A DNA stretch of 64,000 nt. It comes from Lingula anatina. Its lineage: Eukaryota > Animalia > Brachiopoda. This document shows, in pieces, positions 1-13,474 of this stretch; positions within the stretch are counted from its first letter, which is position 1, and the number at the start of each line of letters is the position of its first letter. Made by a program: the position numbers and the translations under genes. The notes beneath the pieces were generated by a model. It saw only the letters and a program-made list of their open reading frames with translations. It did not search any database and was not told where the DNA came from. The stretch lies in assembly GCA_051362555.1 (NCBI GenBank), contig CM120643.1, forward strand, positions 29,330,848-29,394,847. Direction: 5' to 3'.

Positions 1-467
1 AACACCTTGCTAGATAAAGTACAGATATTGATTTTCAGAATAACTTTATCTTCAAGTTATCAGTTGTGGTTGAAGTTTGTGCTGTGGTAGCCAGTAAGTG
101 GGGAAAGGAATCTACTTTGAACAAGGACTACATCTTTTTTTTATCCATAACTTTAACAAAAATCAATTTTTCAAGATGTGTGATTTTAGCAAAAAAAAAA
201 AAAAAAAGAAACTAAATAATGCCCACACTAAAAAAACACTGCTGTTCCGTCTTTGTCAGTTCTTGAGCTTAAACTTGGAAATCACAATATTGAGTGAATT
301 CTTGTCAAACTTACATATCTTTAAGATTCCTTATTGTATGAGCATTAGTGTACTAATCATTCTCTCTTTGATATTTTAAAAACAAAATTATTGCTATATT
401 AATTTATGTACAGCATTTAGTATGGTTGCATATATTTGTAATTATTTCTTATTTACTGATTTTTTAG

Positions 468-3400
468 TCGGAGTCGATTAAACTGGACCCAGATCTTCTC
501 CGGTCATGCCAGGAAGATATTGACCAGTTTTGCCCAGACAAGAATGCAGGGAACGCAGAGGTCACCGAGTGCCTTAGGAAGAAAAACCCAAAGAAACTGT
601 CCAGTTCATGTAGAAGTATGTTGTTTAAACGAGAGGTATGTACCTATGTACACAAAGAAACTGTCCAGTTCATGTAGTAGTATGTTGTTTAAACAAGAGG
701 TATGTACCTGCATGCATACGCGCAGGCAAACAAAACAAACACAAACACGCACACACTTCATAAGACTGGAATTTCTCACATTTTATTAACAAGCCTTTAA
801 GAACATCAAATTCGGATCAAATATAATCTCAAAATGAAACCTATAGATGATGGAATGATTTAAAAACCCCACCAATCCCATAATATTGTGCACCTTCAAG
901 AATATATTCACAAGTCAGATGTCCTATCTCCTGGTCACTTGTCTGATATTGGTGTCAATAGGGTCATTCAGATGTCCTATCTCCTGGTCACTTGTCTGAT
1001 ATTGGTGTCAATAGGGTCATTCAGATGTCCTATCTCCTGGTCATTTGTCTGATATTGGTGTCAATAGGGCCATTCAGATGTCCTATCTCCTGGTCATTTG
1101 TCTGATATTGGTGTCAATAGGGTCATCCAGATGTCCTATCTCCTGGTCACTTGTCTGATATTGGTGTCAATAGGGTCATTCAGATGTCCTATCTCCTGGT
1201 CATTTGTCTGATATTGGTGTCAATAGGGTCATTCAGATGTCCTATCTCCTGGTCATTTGTCTGATATTGGTGTCAGTAGGGGCATTCAGATGTCCTATCT
1301 CCTGGTCATTTGTCTGATATTGGTGTCAGTAGGGGCATTCAGATGTCCTATCTACTGGTCATTTGCCTGATATTGGTGTCAGTAGGGGCATTCAGATGTC
1401 CTATCTACTGGTCACTTGTCTGATATTGGTGTCAATAGGGGCATTCAGATGTCCTATCTCCTGGTCATTTGTCTGATATTGGTGTCAGTAGGGGCATTCA
1501 GATGTCCTATCTACTGGTCATTTGTCTGATATTGGTGTCAGTAGGGGCATTCAGTTGTCCCATCTCCTGGTCATTTGTCTGATATTGGTGTCAGTAGGGG
1601 CATTCAGATGTCCTATCTACTGGTCATTTGTCTGATATTGGTGTCAGTAGGGACATTGAGATGTCCTATCTCCTGGTCTCTTGCCTGATATTGGTGTCAA
1701 TAGGGACATTGAGATGTCCTATCTACTGGTCACTTGCCTGATATTTGTGTCAATAGGGACATTCAGATGTCCTATCTACTGGTCACTTGTCTGATATTGG
1801 TGTCAATAGGGGCATTCAGATGTCCTATCTCCTGGTCATTTGTCTGATATTGGTGTCAATAGGGGCATTCAGATGTCCTATCTACTGGTCATTTGCCTGA
1901 TATTGGTGTCAACAGGGGTGTTCAGAACCACTTTGTCTGCGGACTAACTAGTCTGCAAATAATGGAAATATGGCGCACATTTGACCATGGATCCCTGCCT
2001 CCCACGTGCGCCCTTTCAACAGGGGCAGAGCAATTAAATCTCTGTACCCTTTCAAGTGGGTCGCGCCATATTGCATCTGCAGACTAGCAAAAGACCAACA
2101 AACCCTTCTTGATCATGGTGATGAAGGGTTGAAAAATGCCTCATAGGTAGAAAAACACATTGAGTCTTTTCAGAAACTGATTATTTTTTCTTTGTATCAC
2201 AATTATATTAATATCTCCATTATAAAATATAAATATATGTTAATCGTATTGTTTTAGATGGTGATGGAGCGTGATCCCAGTGTGGACTTTGGTTTCATGA
2301 CTTACTGTAAGAGCATGGTGAAGGTACGTAATGTGTGGATTTTTTTTTTTTTTTTTTTTGATAAAAACTTTTATTTCTGTCAATATTTTCATCCTTGATA
2401 TGCAGCAGAAAATTAGACTTCACCAAGAGTGTGAGAGTGTTTCCACACTGTACCACATATACCATATAAATGTTTGTTCTTACACAAAACCAATAAATGG
2501 TTTGTCTTATTAGCATTAAATTTGTATTTCAGCACTACTGCCAGGATGAGGAACCTTCCAACTATCTCACTTGTTTGAAAAGACACAAGAACGAGGACAA
2601 TTTTGATCAGAAATGCCGCAGGAAGATATCTGACAGACAGATAGAACAAAATAGAGGTGATTTTATAAATATTATAATTTTTGGACAACAAGCTATTACA
2701 AAGCAGTTTCATATTTACAAAGCTACAAAGATGACTAAAAGTCTTTGCTATAGATATAAAACAAAACCATGTGATATTAAGGCATACGTACATTAACACC
2801 AGCATATTATTGACTGTGTAATTGCTTCAATGAAGTGCCTAACCAAGATGGTGGTACATATACAAGAGGCAGCTACACCTCTCTGCCCCTATAGTTAATG
2901 CACAATTTGGTCAGTTTTGGAGCAGATCTTCATATTTTGTTATATATTTTTAAGACATGGGTTAAGAAGAGTATTTTAGTGATGCAAATTTAATTTAATT
3001 TTTTTTTAATTTTCTGTACTTTTTTTTTTTTTTTGTACCCAGATTATCGCCTGAACCCAGCCCTGAAGAGCGCCTGCACCATGGACATCCCCAAGTTCTG
3101 CAAAGCTGTCCTCCAAAATAAGAAAAGCAAGGACGAGGACTTTGAAGGAGAAGTCATCAACTGTTTGAAGACACCATACAGAAAAGGGGTATTTGTCTAC
3201 AGTACTAATTGTTGGTAGCAGACCTGAATCAAATTTTTATCGTAAAGGTTCTATGCCATTTTTTATGTTGTGTATCGCATAAAGGGATTAAAGGTCCACT
3301 TTTTCAAAAGATGACTGTTTATTAATTAATTAATTTATTAATTAATTAATTTATTTATTCCAGAGGTTGTCCAAGAACTGTGAAGACCAGATAGGTCAGA

Positions 3401-5423
3401 TAATACGTAGCGCGGCATTGGACTACAGACAGGACCCTGTGCTGGCCAGAGCCTGCGAGAAAGAGGTAGATTAAACATCTGTGGAGACTATGAGATGCCC
3501 TGTTGTTCTGGGCCTCGTATCTCGAAAGCTTCGCTGTGTTGCGCATGTGCACAAGGGTCTCGATTCCATAACTCGCCCATACTTGTCCCATATAATACAT
3601 TGTAGCCTCTATTTGATACAGCGATTTGCAATACGCGATGTTTTCGAGATACGGGGCCCTGATGTATATTCAGTGTTTAAAGTCTGTTTCTTAGACTAAC
3701 TGTTTGTGGGATTTATTATCTTATTATCTTATATTATTATGTAATTGTTCTTTTCATACTGACTGTCTGGTAGTTGAAACAAAATCAAGGTGATGAAGCT
3801 GACAGGGTTCAAAATTAAGGAATAATATCTGTTTACTTGTGAATAAATGACTTTTATTTATTTATTTTATATATTTGTCCCCTAGTTGAAGACGTACTGT
3901 AGTGAAGAGGTGGAGAGAGTTCAGAATGGACAGGGAGGCAAAGGAGAGGTGGAGGAGTGTCTGAAAAATTTAGTCAAACAAAACAAGATAAAACCTAAAA
4001 GTGATTGCTCAAATGTAAGTATTAGTAGGGATGGTTTTACTCTTAAAATGTTCAAAGGTGAAAACAGTTACTGTAGTAGTACACTTCAAAAAGGATTGTG
4101 CCTGTTTTAGAAGTAGAGAAAATTTTCTAATATTTAGACCATGGTCTGTATGCACATATATTTTGTATATTTATGTCTCCATCCAGGAAGTAGCCAGGAT
4201 ATTAGTAGAAGGAAAGACGGATGTCCACTTGGATCCCATCCTACATCAGGCATGTTCAGCTGATCTCAGACATTACTGTGATGGCATAGAACCAGGAGAG
4301 GGAAGATGTAAGTTATTGGGGCACAGGTGCTGGTCCTGGTATTGACAGATATTCTCTATAGGGACAAAGATACTTGTTTGATTAATGGCATTCTGGCTTA
4401 CTCCGGAACATTAAAAAACATTTTTTAAAATGTTTTTTCAAGATTATGAAGTGTATTATTGTAGCAGAGACAGACGAAATGTAACTTATTCTAAAACCAT
4501 TATGACTGATAATGGTCTGCAAACAAGAGAAGTCCTTTCAATAATAAGAGAGAAAAAAAACTCTGGTGTAAATCTGTTTCTACTGCTGCTGTTGCTGCCA
4601 TTACGTCCAATGATGATTGTAAATATTACACTTATTGGATCATAATCATTGTAAAATGAACCAGTACTAAAATAAATACATGATTGAATAAATAAATATA
4701 AAATGCTAAAATAAGTGGCCAGTTGAGTGGATTAAAAATGAATAATAAAAAAAGAGAAGTTGATAGGTAAGCCATGAGTTTTTCATCTCTTTTCCAGTGA
4801 TGAGTTGTTTATTGACAGCTTTGGATGATAGAACAATACGTCTTACTAAACACTGTAGGATATTACTACAACAGAGAGTAGATCTATGGGAGTATGCTGC
4901 TAAAGTAAGTAGACTAAACCTGATAGACATTCAAATTGAAAATTGTTATATTTAAGCTAAGTTAATTATTGATTCTTTATTTATTGGCAAATCATACTTT
5001 ATTATTAGCTTTCTATCTTGGAACCATTTCCTTGAAGTCATTTCACTGTTATGTCACTTTTTATTCTGTAGGTAATATTAAGGCCATGTTAATTGTTTTT
5101 TTATGCTTTCTGGGTCATAGTTTAAAGGTATTTGTCAGTGATAGGCTGCATGTTTGGAAGACATCTTTACTACTGTATCTGTCTCATTTGAGGAGTGTAC
5201 TGGATGATAGAAATATTCAGGCCAGATCATCATCACTTGATTTGTTTCCTTTCAGATTGCCCCACCTGAGACAGCAGCAGACTTGTGGGATCAAGTGATG
5301 GGGTCGCCTTCTCGGAACCATTTCCTTTTAATTATCTTCGCTGTTATCTCCGTCATGTTTATTGGAGGACTATGTTGTGGGCGAGTGACAAAACGAGTGA
5401 CAGCGCAGGCAAAGAATAAGTGA
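468..5423 (+). CDS. GLG1: Golgi apparatus protein 1 (GLG1/ESL-1/MG-160), 3' part; 5' exons lie before the window
   Basis: Hand-spliced exons 468-635, 2258-2323, 2533-2656, 3043-3188, 3364-3465, 3886-4014, 4187-4307, 4798-4904, 5256-5423, all AG/GT bounded with compatible phases. They encode Cys-rich GLG1 repeats (DYRLNPALKSACTMDIPKFC, DVHLDPILHQACSADLRHYC) and the C-terminal TM plus tail LIIFAVISVMFIGGLCCGRVTKRVTAQAKNK*, which resembles human GLG1 GLMCGRITKRV. Confidence 0.95.
589..709 (+). repeat. 64-bp direct duplication spanning a GLG1 exon end and its splice donor
   Basis: caaagaaactgtccagttcatgtagaagtatgttgtttaaacgagag|gtatgtacct (from 589) is repeated from 653 with 2 substitutions; second GT at 700. 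Confidence 0.9.
916..1926. repeat. 53-bp minisatellite, about 19 copies, in a GLG1 intron
   Basis: Unit cagatgtcctatctcctggtcacttgtctgatattggtgtcaatagggtcatt starts at 916, 969, 1022 and so on; no unique spacers. Confidence 0.95.
1915..2090. mobile_element. Degenerate MITE related to the elements at 9805, 42078 and about 49320
   Basis: Shares ggactaactagtc, aaatatgg, ttcaagtgggtcg, catatt and gactag motifs in inverted arrangement with 9805-9978. Confidence 0.55.
3508..3661. mobile_element. Short TIR element (MITE)
   Basis: Terminal inverted repeats ctgggcctcgtatctcgaaa ... tttcgagatacggggccctg inside a GLG1 intron. Confidence 0.7.
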
Positions 5424-6884
5424 TCTGTGTTGAAGTTAGTTAAACAAGAAAAAGATAGATGGAGCCATGTGATATTATCATGAACTGCCTTATCTGGCTT
5501 CCAGTAGTTTTGTACTTCCATATCCCTGGGTTAATGTCAAGGTCATTGTAAATGGTCAAGGTTATGATCAAGGTCATTGCAGGAGGTCAAAGGTCATAGA
5601 TTGATAGTATTACACCCAATGCAAATATTATTGCCACTCCTAACACAACCCTGTTGTAAGTTCAGAAATAGACTGAAAAAATTGTGCATTTCATTGTCTG
5701 CTTTCACTGTCTGATTACCTTCATGAACTTACATACTTTGTTTAACCGTTGCTCTGGCTATAACAGGGCACCTTGAAGGATGCCAGTGATTCGGATGTCT
5801 GGCTTGGTTGAAGAAGGCAACTGGGATGAAGCCATGGAAACTGATAAAGTCCATCAAGGATTGGATATTATGACAGCAGTTCATGCCATGACCTTGGCAA
5901 GGTCCTATGATTGATTGATTGATTGATTGTACATTACCCCAGGGATATGTGGAAAGGTTGGCTATTTGATGCTGTTCTGTCTTCAGACAAAAAGGTGGTG
6001 GTCTCTATTTCTCAACTCAGAAGACTGCTTTGAAAAAATATTTGCTTATGCCATCGATAAAATTGCATAATTTCTCCACGGTTTTATTGACAAAGACTGG
6101 GTATTGTGCAGTTTGAGATGATATATTGTCTTGTTGAAATGTGTTCTGTATCTTGTTGTATTGTCCTCCAGATCTCGTCACATTATTGTGCTGTTATTGC
6201 TGAAAAAAAAAATAACTGTCATATGTAAGAAAGTGAAGATGAGGAAGAGTGTCATAATATGTACTATGTTGTTGTTATGTCCTGGGAAGTATTCTCAAGG
6301 TTGGATTTTTTTCATCACTGCCTTGCTTAAAAAAAACCCTCACAAATATTGAAAATTTGCCAACAAATGCCAAAGGGATTTTTCTTTTTGCTTGTTGAAT
6401 GAAAACAAAGATAAAATAGAGTTAGTGAAAAGCATGTCAAAGCTTCTGCAGTAATTTGACATTTCAGCAGTGGAAAGAGAAGAAATTTGTCTCAATATTT
6501 CAAGACCAGAGAGGAATCACTTCAGTAAAGGCCACAAGGCAGTGCATGCACCTTTGATTATATTTATTTCAAGCTCATATGAATAAAATGGTAGCCAAGA
6601 TGTCTAAATGAACGAAATACTCTACTGGAAATAATAGACAACGAACATAACTTGAGAATACTTCCTATGTCAAGGCTGTCCTGCTTAAGGTCTTTGGTGC
6701 TGCTGATACGTACATCCACACATTCTTCAGTGTTAATTTATTTTCATGTGGTAGTTGAACTTTATTTTATTATAGCTTTTTAACATCACCCTGACTTTCA
6801 GAGTACTCATGTTGTAGCCGCTTTCTTATTCATGCCAATGTTTTCTTGACACCATTTTAGGTGAATTGAAATATTTAGGGTATC

Positions 6885-6994
6885 CTGAGGCCTGTTTCAT
6901 AAAAAAAATTTGGCAAATCCAAAATCGATCTTGTCAAAGATTGTCCAGGGTTTTAACCCAGAAGACATTTAAATAGAATCAAAAAGGCAGATTG

Positions 6995-7041
<47 letters not shown>

Positions 7042-7283
7042 TCTTCAAGCAAGTCTCCACAGCAAACTATAAGATTGTCTTCACAATAACACTGAATGTT
7101 GCCTTCATAAACAACAATAGCCTACATAGTTGATCCACCTATATTTAATTTAATAGTGGGCCAGCTAAGATCTAAGACAAGTATCATTATCGCAAAGTCA
7201 ACTAAAGTAAGCCGGCTGTCAGTTTTTTAGCAGTCCAAGCTAAAACCAAAAAACTTACGATATATTTGTACAGCAGGCCCCAG
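6885..7283. mobile_element. Degenerate TIR element
   Basis: Inverted ends ctgaggcctgtttcat ... gtacagcaggccccag; similar layout to 8841-9048. Confidence 0.45.
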
Positions 7284-8840
7284 CTATAGGAAGATAGGCA
7301 CCATTTGGCCCCTGATTTTCAGGGTGACTTTTGCACCAAAGAGATTTCTCTTCATTTTCTGCTAAGATTCTCATTAGACAACAGTTTCTGATCAATACAG
7401 AGGTAGAAGGAGAATTAGAATCAAATTCTTAATATTCACTCTATTCAGTTCAGTAGATATTATATGTAGTATGTATATATAAGTCTTTATTTTATGGGGG
7501 GAATGGGTGATTATCTAACAGAAATGATTTATTTTGAAACCACAGATGTATTTCTTGTAGAACATATATATATTCTGTGACATGTGTTAAACTTTTCAAG
7601 ACCGAGTGTCCTGTTTAAACTGCTGTGCTTGTTTTGTAGTCCAGTTTCAATAGTTTGTATTGTAATATAGGTGCTTTTTTGGGGTGGGGGTGTTTTGTAC
7701 AGGCTACCAGTTTGAGATAGCTGAGAGAAACATTTAATTCCGTTCCATGCCAACCCACCGTTTAGATACGTGAGGCCCTGAACACATCTTGCTGAACACT
7801 TTTCTGCTTCATACTACTTTGTCTGGTCCTAACATGTTACTACACTATTGGGGGTGGGGGGTGGGGGGGGGGGGGGTACTCTCCACATATTTAACAGGTC
7901 ATTACCTGTTATAACACTCTGGGGGTTTCACTCACTTTCACAGGTTCACCTCTAGATATTTTGACCTATCAGATTTAATCTAGTTGACAAGCCATGTTGA
8001 GTATAGGGATTTTTGAAAATGACACCCTTATGCAAGAGCCAGAATATTATTTTGTCAATTTCTCAAGTGGTGTGAAACAGAAAAGTGTGTGGTACAGTGT
8101 GAAAGGGGCTTGAGATTATTATGCAGGTTTATCACAGGAAGGTAAGGTGTTGTCACGTTCTGCGTGTTCTGCCTTACGATGCTCTGTGAAACATTGGCTG
8201 TCCACCAGAGTTTTTTCTACCAGTAGAGTTGTAAAAAATGTACAAAATAAGCAATGCAACTGGATGTTAGATTTACATGTGGGAGGTTTCCTTTTTTGAA
8301 TGTATTTATTTTATTCATATGTAAATGATCTTTTTGATGGGTGAGCTTGACTGGAAGAACATTTCTCCTTTGTGCAATTCTTGGTAAAATCAAACCTTGT
8401 GGAGCAGGACTGAAATATTGTAGGCAATTTTGAAATTGTGGCGAGCACAACTTTTTAAGCAGCATTTTCATAATTTCTATACATTTGTAAAGTGTCACGG
8501 TTGTAGCTTTTTATCATTCCAAAAAGTTGATTTTGATATTCAGGTGTTGTAGTTCTCTTTGTTATATAACAGCTGAGTATTTCATAGCCAGTATATTCCC
8601 AGTAACCAAAGCTTGGTAAGTTGTAGTTTGTTTAGGTTGTTTTGATTACCTGATCAGGGCTTATTTTTCTCTACACGTGTTTTGTTGTGGATTATAAATG
8701 GCTTGATTATTGTACATTAAAAAAGAAAAGAATAGTTTGGAGAATTGCAATTATTCCTTCTTTGTCTGTTGCAAGTCTGCTACACTGATGGCTTTAACTG
8801 TGTTTACTTGCTAATGCTCACCAGAGCTATTACTTGAACC

Positions 8841-9048
8841 CAGGGCTGGTTTTAAAAAAGAACTTGAGACCAAAAATTGATTGTGTACACTCTACTTGGA
8901 CGTTTAAATAAGATGTTTTAGAACAAAAGTTGGTCTATTTCATTGTTTCAGTATTACTGTTATCCCAAATTGAAGTAGACTAAAATTTAAGTTTAAAAAT
9001 TAAGACCACCTTACAGTCTCAAGTTTTTTTTTGCTGAACCAGTCCCTG
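8841..9048. mobile_element. Degenerate TIR element
   Basis: Inverted ends cagggctggtt...aacttgagac and gtctcaagtt...aaccagtccctg. Confidence 0.55.
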
Positions 9049-9804
9049 GTGATGTTATTTGTTATACATAGAAGGGGCTGCTTTTCATAATCTACATAAT
9101 ATACAGCAGGAGCTGCTTTGCATATTCTATATCATGGAAGGTGACAAGTGGAGAGGGGAGGGGAGGAGGGGTTATTGAGGTCACATATTATGCCCATTTA
9201 GCACACAATTCAATACTTGTATATTGGGTCAGGGTTTCAAAATTATCAAACTATATTCAGATTTTGTCTCTAATGTTTTATAGAACACATGATATTCAGT
9301 CTCGTCAATATAGGACAGTATATCCCCAGTATTCCTACAAACTCTCAGTAAGACATCCTGAATGTCAGAGGTCAATGGAAGAACTGACCTCTGTTATCAG
9401 CATGCCTCTGTTGTTTCCACAAGCACCCAAGTTCCAGAGGTTTCTGAAAACTCTCTTCTGTCATACTATATTGCCAGTATTGCTCATTGGAGCAAGCGCA
9501 GTGGCATGCCAATGATAAAGAGGAGCCCTCACTGGCCTTTGATATTCAGGATGTGATATTTCATTAGTTATCACAGTATGTTCCCATAATGTAATCTTGT
9601 TTTGTTTTGTTATGAAATAGTTAGGGAGTGGATTGTATGCTTTATTTCATAATATATACAAGAAAATACTAATGATACCATGAGGCCAAGTTATAGATGG
9701 GTGTAATATTAACAAGTAGAATTAGTTTGCTTGTAACTTAAGGTGCAGTCAACATATGTATATATGTATATGTATATGGTGTATTATGTCAATATGGACA
9801 CTAA

Positions 9805-9978
9805 GGCCCCATTCAGAATTGGGGATTAACTAGTCCGAGGGTCAAATATGGAACCCAATTCAAAGCTTGCCGCCTAATCCGCTAATAGACACTGAACAGA
9901 TATCCCGTGGGGAAGTATTCAAGTGGGTCGGTCATATTCGACCCTCGGACTAGTTAGTCCCCTATTCTGAATGGAGAC
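9805..9978. mobile_element. PIF/Harbinger (Tourist-like) MITE
   Basis: About 45-bp TIRs ggccccattcagaattggggattaactagtccgagggtcaaatatg and catattcgaccctcggactagttagtcccctattctgaatggagac; flanks TAA/TGA. Confidence 0.75.
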
Positions 9979-10696
9979 TGATATGGAGATGCTGTGGATA
10001 GGAAGCTGGGGTGAATACAAGGCATGTTTACTCCAGTTTTAACTTAGACCAAGATATGAAGTTGCAAGTTTTTGGGAGCAAGACTGTTTTCTGGTTTATG
10101 TTAATTCCTCTGTGGATTAAAACATTTGTTTTGTTTATTTGTATTTAGGTGCAGAGACAGTCGTCAGCAGGTTGGTCACAGCACTTGTAGACTTGCATTT
10201 ATGTTCTCTTTGTGAATTGAGATTAGAAAATGGTTGAGTTTTGATACTGATCTATTATGGCCCAATTTGTAGATTAGACCACATAGACACTAAAGTACAC
10301 TTTTACTACACTTGTAAAGAAAATAGAGCAAGTGCCTGTATGTAGTTTATATTCTGAAAGCACGGTAACTGGAGTTTTGCTGCTATGTAGTGATATATAT
10401 GTATATAGATAAAACCTGAAGTACGCTTCTCAACTAGAATAGGAGATAGGTATCATCTAAAGTTGATTTATTTTATTTTATTTTTCTTATTTCTGAAAGC
10501 ACTGAGGATGTATACAGCGCTATAATGTTAATGTACAGGTTAAGATATGATTATCCTTTTCAAATCAAAATTTAGATTTGGAATGCGTATTAGTGGGTCA
10601 CTTTATTGTACATTCAGATTTACAAAGGCTGTTTCAATAAAATAATTTAACATGTCTTTGTGTTGGTATTCATGAATTAACTTGATGACTGACTGA

Positions 10697-10701
<5 letters not shown>

Positions 10702-10733
<32 letters not shown>
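10702..10733. repeat. (CT)n microsatellite
   Basis: Direct reading. Confidence 0.9.
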
Positions 10734-10735
<2 letters not shown>

Positions 10736-10849
10736 CATCTCGAGTTTATTATCTTAGTTGAAAGTTGAGTTAATGAATTTAATATATAAGATGTAAAAAT
10801 ACATATCTATATCTATTTATCTATTATACTTGAGATATTCTTTGCTTTA

Positions 10850-11046
10850 GACCCCATTCCCATAGATTAGATAGATCCAACTAGATCGACCTAACTCCCT
10901 GGGGGTTCACGCTAAATAGCTGTCAGCCGAGCGGGCACGAAAGCTAATTACCCCCTTACAGCTTGTAGTAGGTGGGACAGACATTTAAGCCGAATTATCT
11001 GACAGATTGTCTGATAGATCGATGTAAAATCTATGGGAATGCGCCC
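10850..11046. mobile_element. PIF/Harbinger MITE with TTA target-site duplication
   Basis: tta|gaccccattcccatagatt ... aatctatgggaatgcgccc|tta; a related degenerate copy lies at about 35923-36110. Confidence 0.75.
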
Positions 11047-11813
11047 TTAGACGATTCGTCGGCATCTGAAAGTTACAGAAAGGGAGTCAGTTTAAAGCTA
11101 ACATGTACTTGAACTTTCAACACTGCACTTACAATGGAAGTGTGCATGTTACATTTATCACGTACAGAGATAATAACGATAATTATATGATGCGAATGTC
11201 GGGACAGAAGCTTCATTAAAGACAAAAAACAATTTATTAAAATTTATTTACTTCGCCTCGGTCGGTAAATATGAAATAGTAAACGAAGACGATCATACTA
11301 TTTTATGCTGGGCAGTCTAAGAATTGCTCGAGTTCGCCTTGTTTGTCTAGTCATATTTTTGGAGAAAGGGGCACCTCAAAACGGACGCGTGCCCACCACG
11401 TCCTCCTCTGTTTGTGTCCCTAATGAATAAAGATTGTGTTTTTATCTTCCCCGTCCTCTGTTGCATTCACAGCGCGTGACGACCCGCTATTATCACGTTG
11501 GTCAGAGACAATGGCGCTTTTATCTACCGTAAAAGTAAGTCATTCACATCGTGTTTCTCTACAAAGATATATCTCTGCAACCTGTGATGAATATACACGC
11601 CAGAGAGGTCGAGCTAGTTCATGGAAGAACCTTCAACACGTACGGAACACAAATCTATTGGAAGTCCTGCTTAGATGTGGTGATTTGATGAAAAGAACTG
11701 AAAGACGAGTTTGAAGCACATTTATACCCAAAAAGCTGCGTTCCGGGATCGACAAAAACTACCGAGAAACACGTGAAAGTTGGAGGTTGCTTGAAGGCAA
11801 CGCGGCTGTGGAT

Positions 11814-13474
11814 ATGGTCTTAAGATGGAGACTCCCCTCCGTGCTTAGTATTTGTCGTCTGCCTGTTATCATTATCGGACTGTTGCCCTGTCTAGTTTTC
11901 TTGTTTTTACTTTATGGAACAGGTAAGTTTGGTAGTGAATCAGTGTGAATTTTGTGTTAAAATGCCAGGCTTCACAATCATTCTTCTAAAAATGTGAAAA
12001 ATGCTTCCTATAAGATGTTATGTTAGCCATTATAACAAATCTTTTGGAGACAAAAAGAGCCTATACTGTCTACTTTCATTTTGTTTCAGCAAAAAACTTA
12101 GCATTTCTGTCAGAGGAGAAAATCGTACCTAGTTTGAAGGTATGTTTTGCATTTACAAAGCGTCAGTTTGAGCTGCCTTTGCATGTCTACTGTCGATCTT
12201 GTATTTCAAGGTACCTGTACAACGCGTTTTTATGCGAAGTAAACAGTAGGATCCCTCTCTTCCATTTTGTAATTTTAAAAAGATTGAGATTTTTCTTGAT
12301 AATAGGAAAACGCACGCAGCACGCACTATTTTCATTATGGGAGATGTATGTAAAGAGCTGTATTCTGAGGAAAGTATATAGTCTTATTAATTGAAAGAAG
12401 CTGTGAGATGTTTATTGATTTCTTGGAGATTTTGTGTGGTCTTGAAAAGTAGGCCTACCGTTTTTTCTCTGTCGTCTAAATAGAGATCATTGACAAAATT
12501 TGTCGTCTAATTAAATTTTTCTCTGAGAGTAGTTTTCACTATTCATAATTAAAAAAAAAAAAAGGTTAACAGTGATCACTTGGCCATTTTCTTTGCAGAC
12601 TGACTGTAGGACTTATGCATGGGATCATGTACCAAAAGACTGGGCACAGCTCATCCAATCACGAAGGAGGACAGCAGAGCAGACGTGCGTCAATCACCAC
12701 CCTGGCAGACCGTCTGCCAAACAACAGATGTTCAATCGGTCTATTGTCACCGACTTCATGTTCGTTGACGATCGCCATGGGATAATATGGTGTGAGATTC
12801 CAAAGATCGGCTGCACAAATTGGCGCCGTGTGCTGCTAGCTCTTAATGGAAACGTTGACAAAACAATTTATAATAAAATCGAAGGTGGGCGTGTCCATGG
12901 GCCGCTCCGCCCCTTTATCCCCGCCCTCAAAGGATTCACAGACAACGGTATAGAGTTTCGCCTTAAAAATTACCTAAAAGTGATTTTTGTCCGTCATCCT
13001 TTCGAACGACTCGTTTCAGCGTTCAAGTCAAAATTGGAAGGCAGAAACGAATATTACAGTCACGGAGTTGGGCGTGAAATTGCCCTGAAATTTGAAAAAG
13101 AGATTAACCTCGGTGCCCTGAAAACAGGTCTAGGGATTTCCTACGACGGTTATGCACGGTATATTGTTAAAAAAGCCAAAAACGAAAAAGTTGAATTAGA
13201 CCGCCACTGGAGGCAGTACCATAAACTGTGCAATCCCTGTGACGTAAACTATGACGTCATAGGTCACTACAGCTCCATAGAAGAGGACGCAAACAATGTA
13301 CTGCGGTTGGTGAGAGCGGATGAAGATATTCAGTACCCAAAATCCCGACAAAATACGAGCAGCTCCATCATTTGGAAGGAATACTATAAAAATGTCTCGG
13401 CATCCATTTTGCAGAAATTATGGGACGTTTATAAGGTGGACAGTGAGATGTTTGGTTATGAAAGAGAGATTTAG
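11814..13474 (+). CDS. Carbohydrate sulfotransferase, CHST11-like (HNK-1ST/Sulfotransfer_2 family), type II Golgi membrane protein
   Basis: Exons 11814-11922 (MVLRWRLP plus a hydrophobic anchor, phase 1), 12090-12139 and 12599-13474 join in frame. Motifs: 5'-PSB CEIPKIGCTNWRR, 3'-PB FVRHPFERLVSAF, and HWRQYHKLCNPCDVNYDVIG. The exact ortholog among CHST8-14 is not resolvable by eye. Confidence 0.9.

Noticed and set aside
916-1926. CRISPR-like regular array
   Set aside because: Units are contiguous with no unique spacers, there are no cas genes, and the context is a eukaryotic intron.
5196-5210. Another exon echo in GLG1 (ggatgatagaa, also at about 4823)
   Set aside because: Only about 12 bp and distant from the junction; compatible with chance.
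5421-5520. Stop-codon readthrough in GLG1
   Set aside because: The context is TGA-T rather than the leaky TGA-C, and the downstream stem starts about 90 nt away.
12572-12598. ORF-track start (GTG) for the sulfotransferase
   Set aside because: This stretch is the intron polypyrimidine tract and acceptor; the N-terminal anchor comes from upstream exons.
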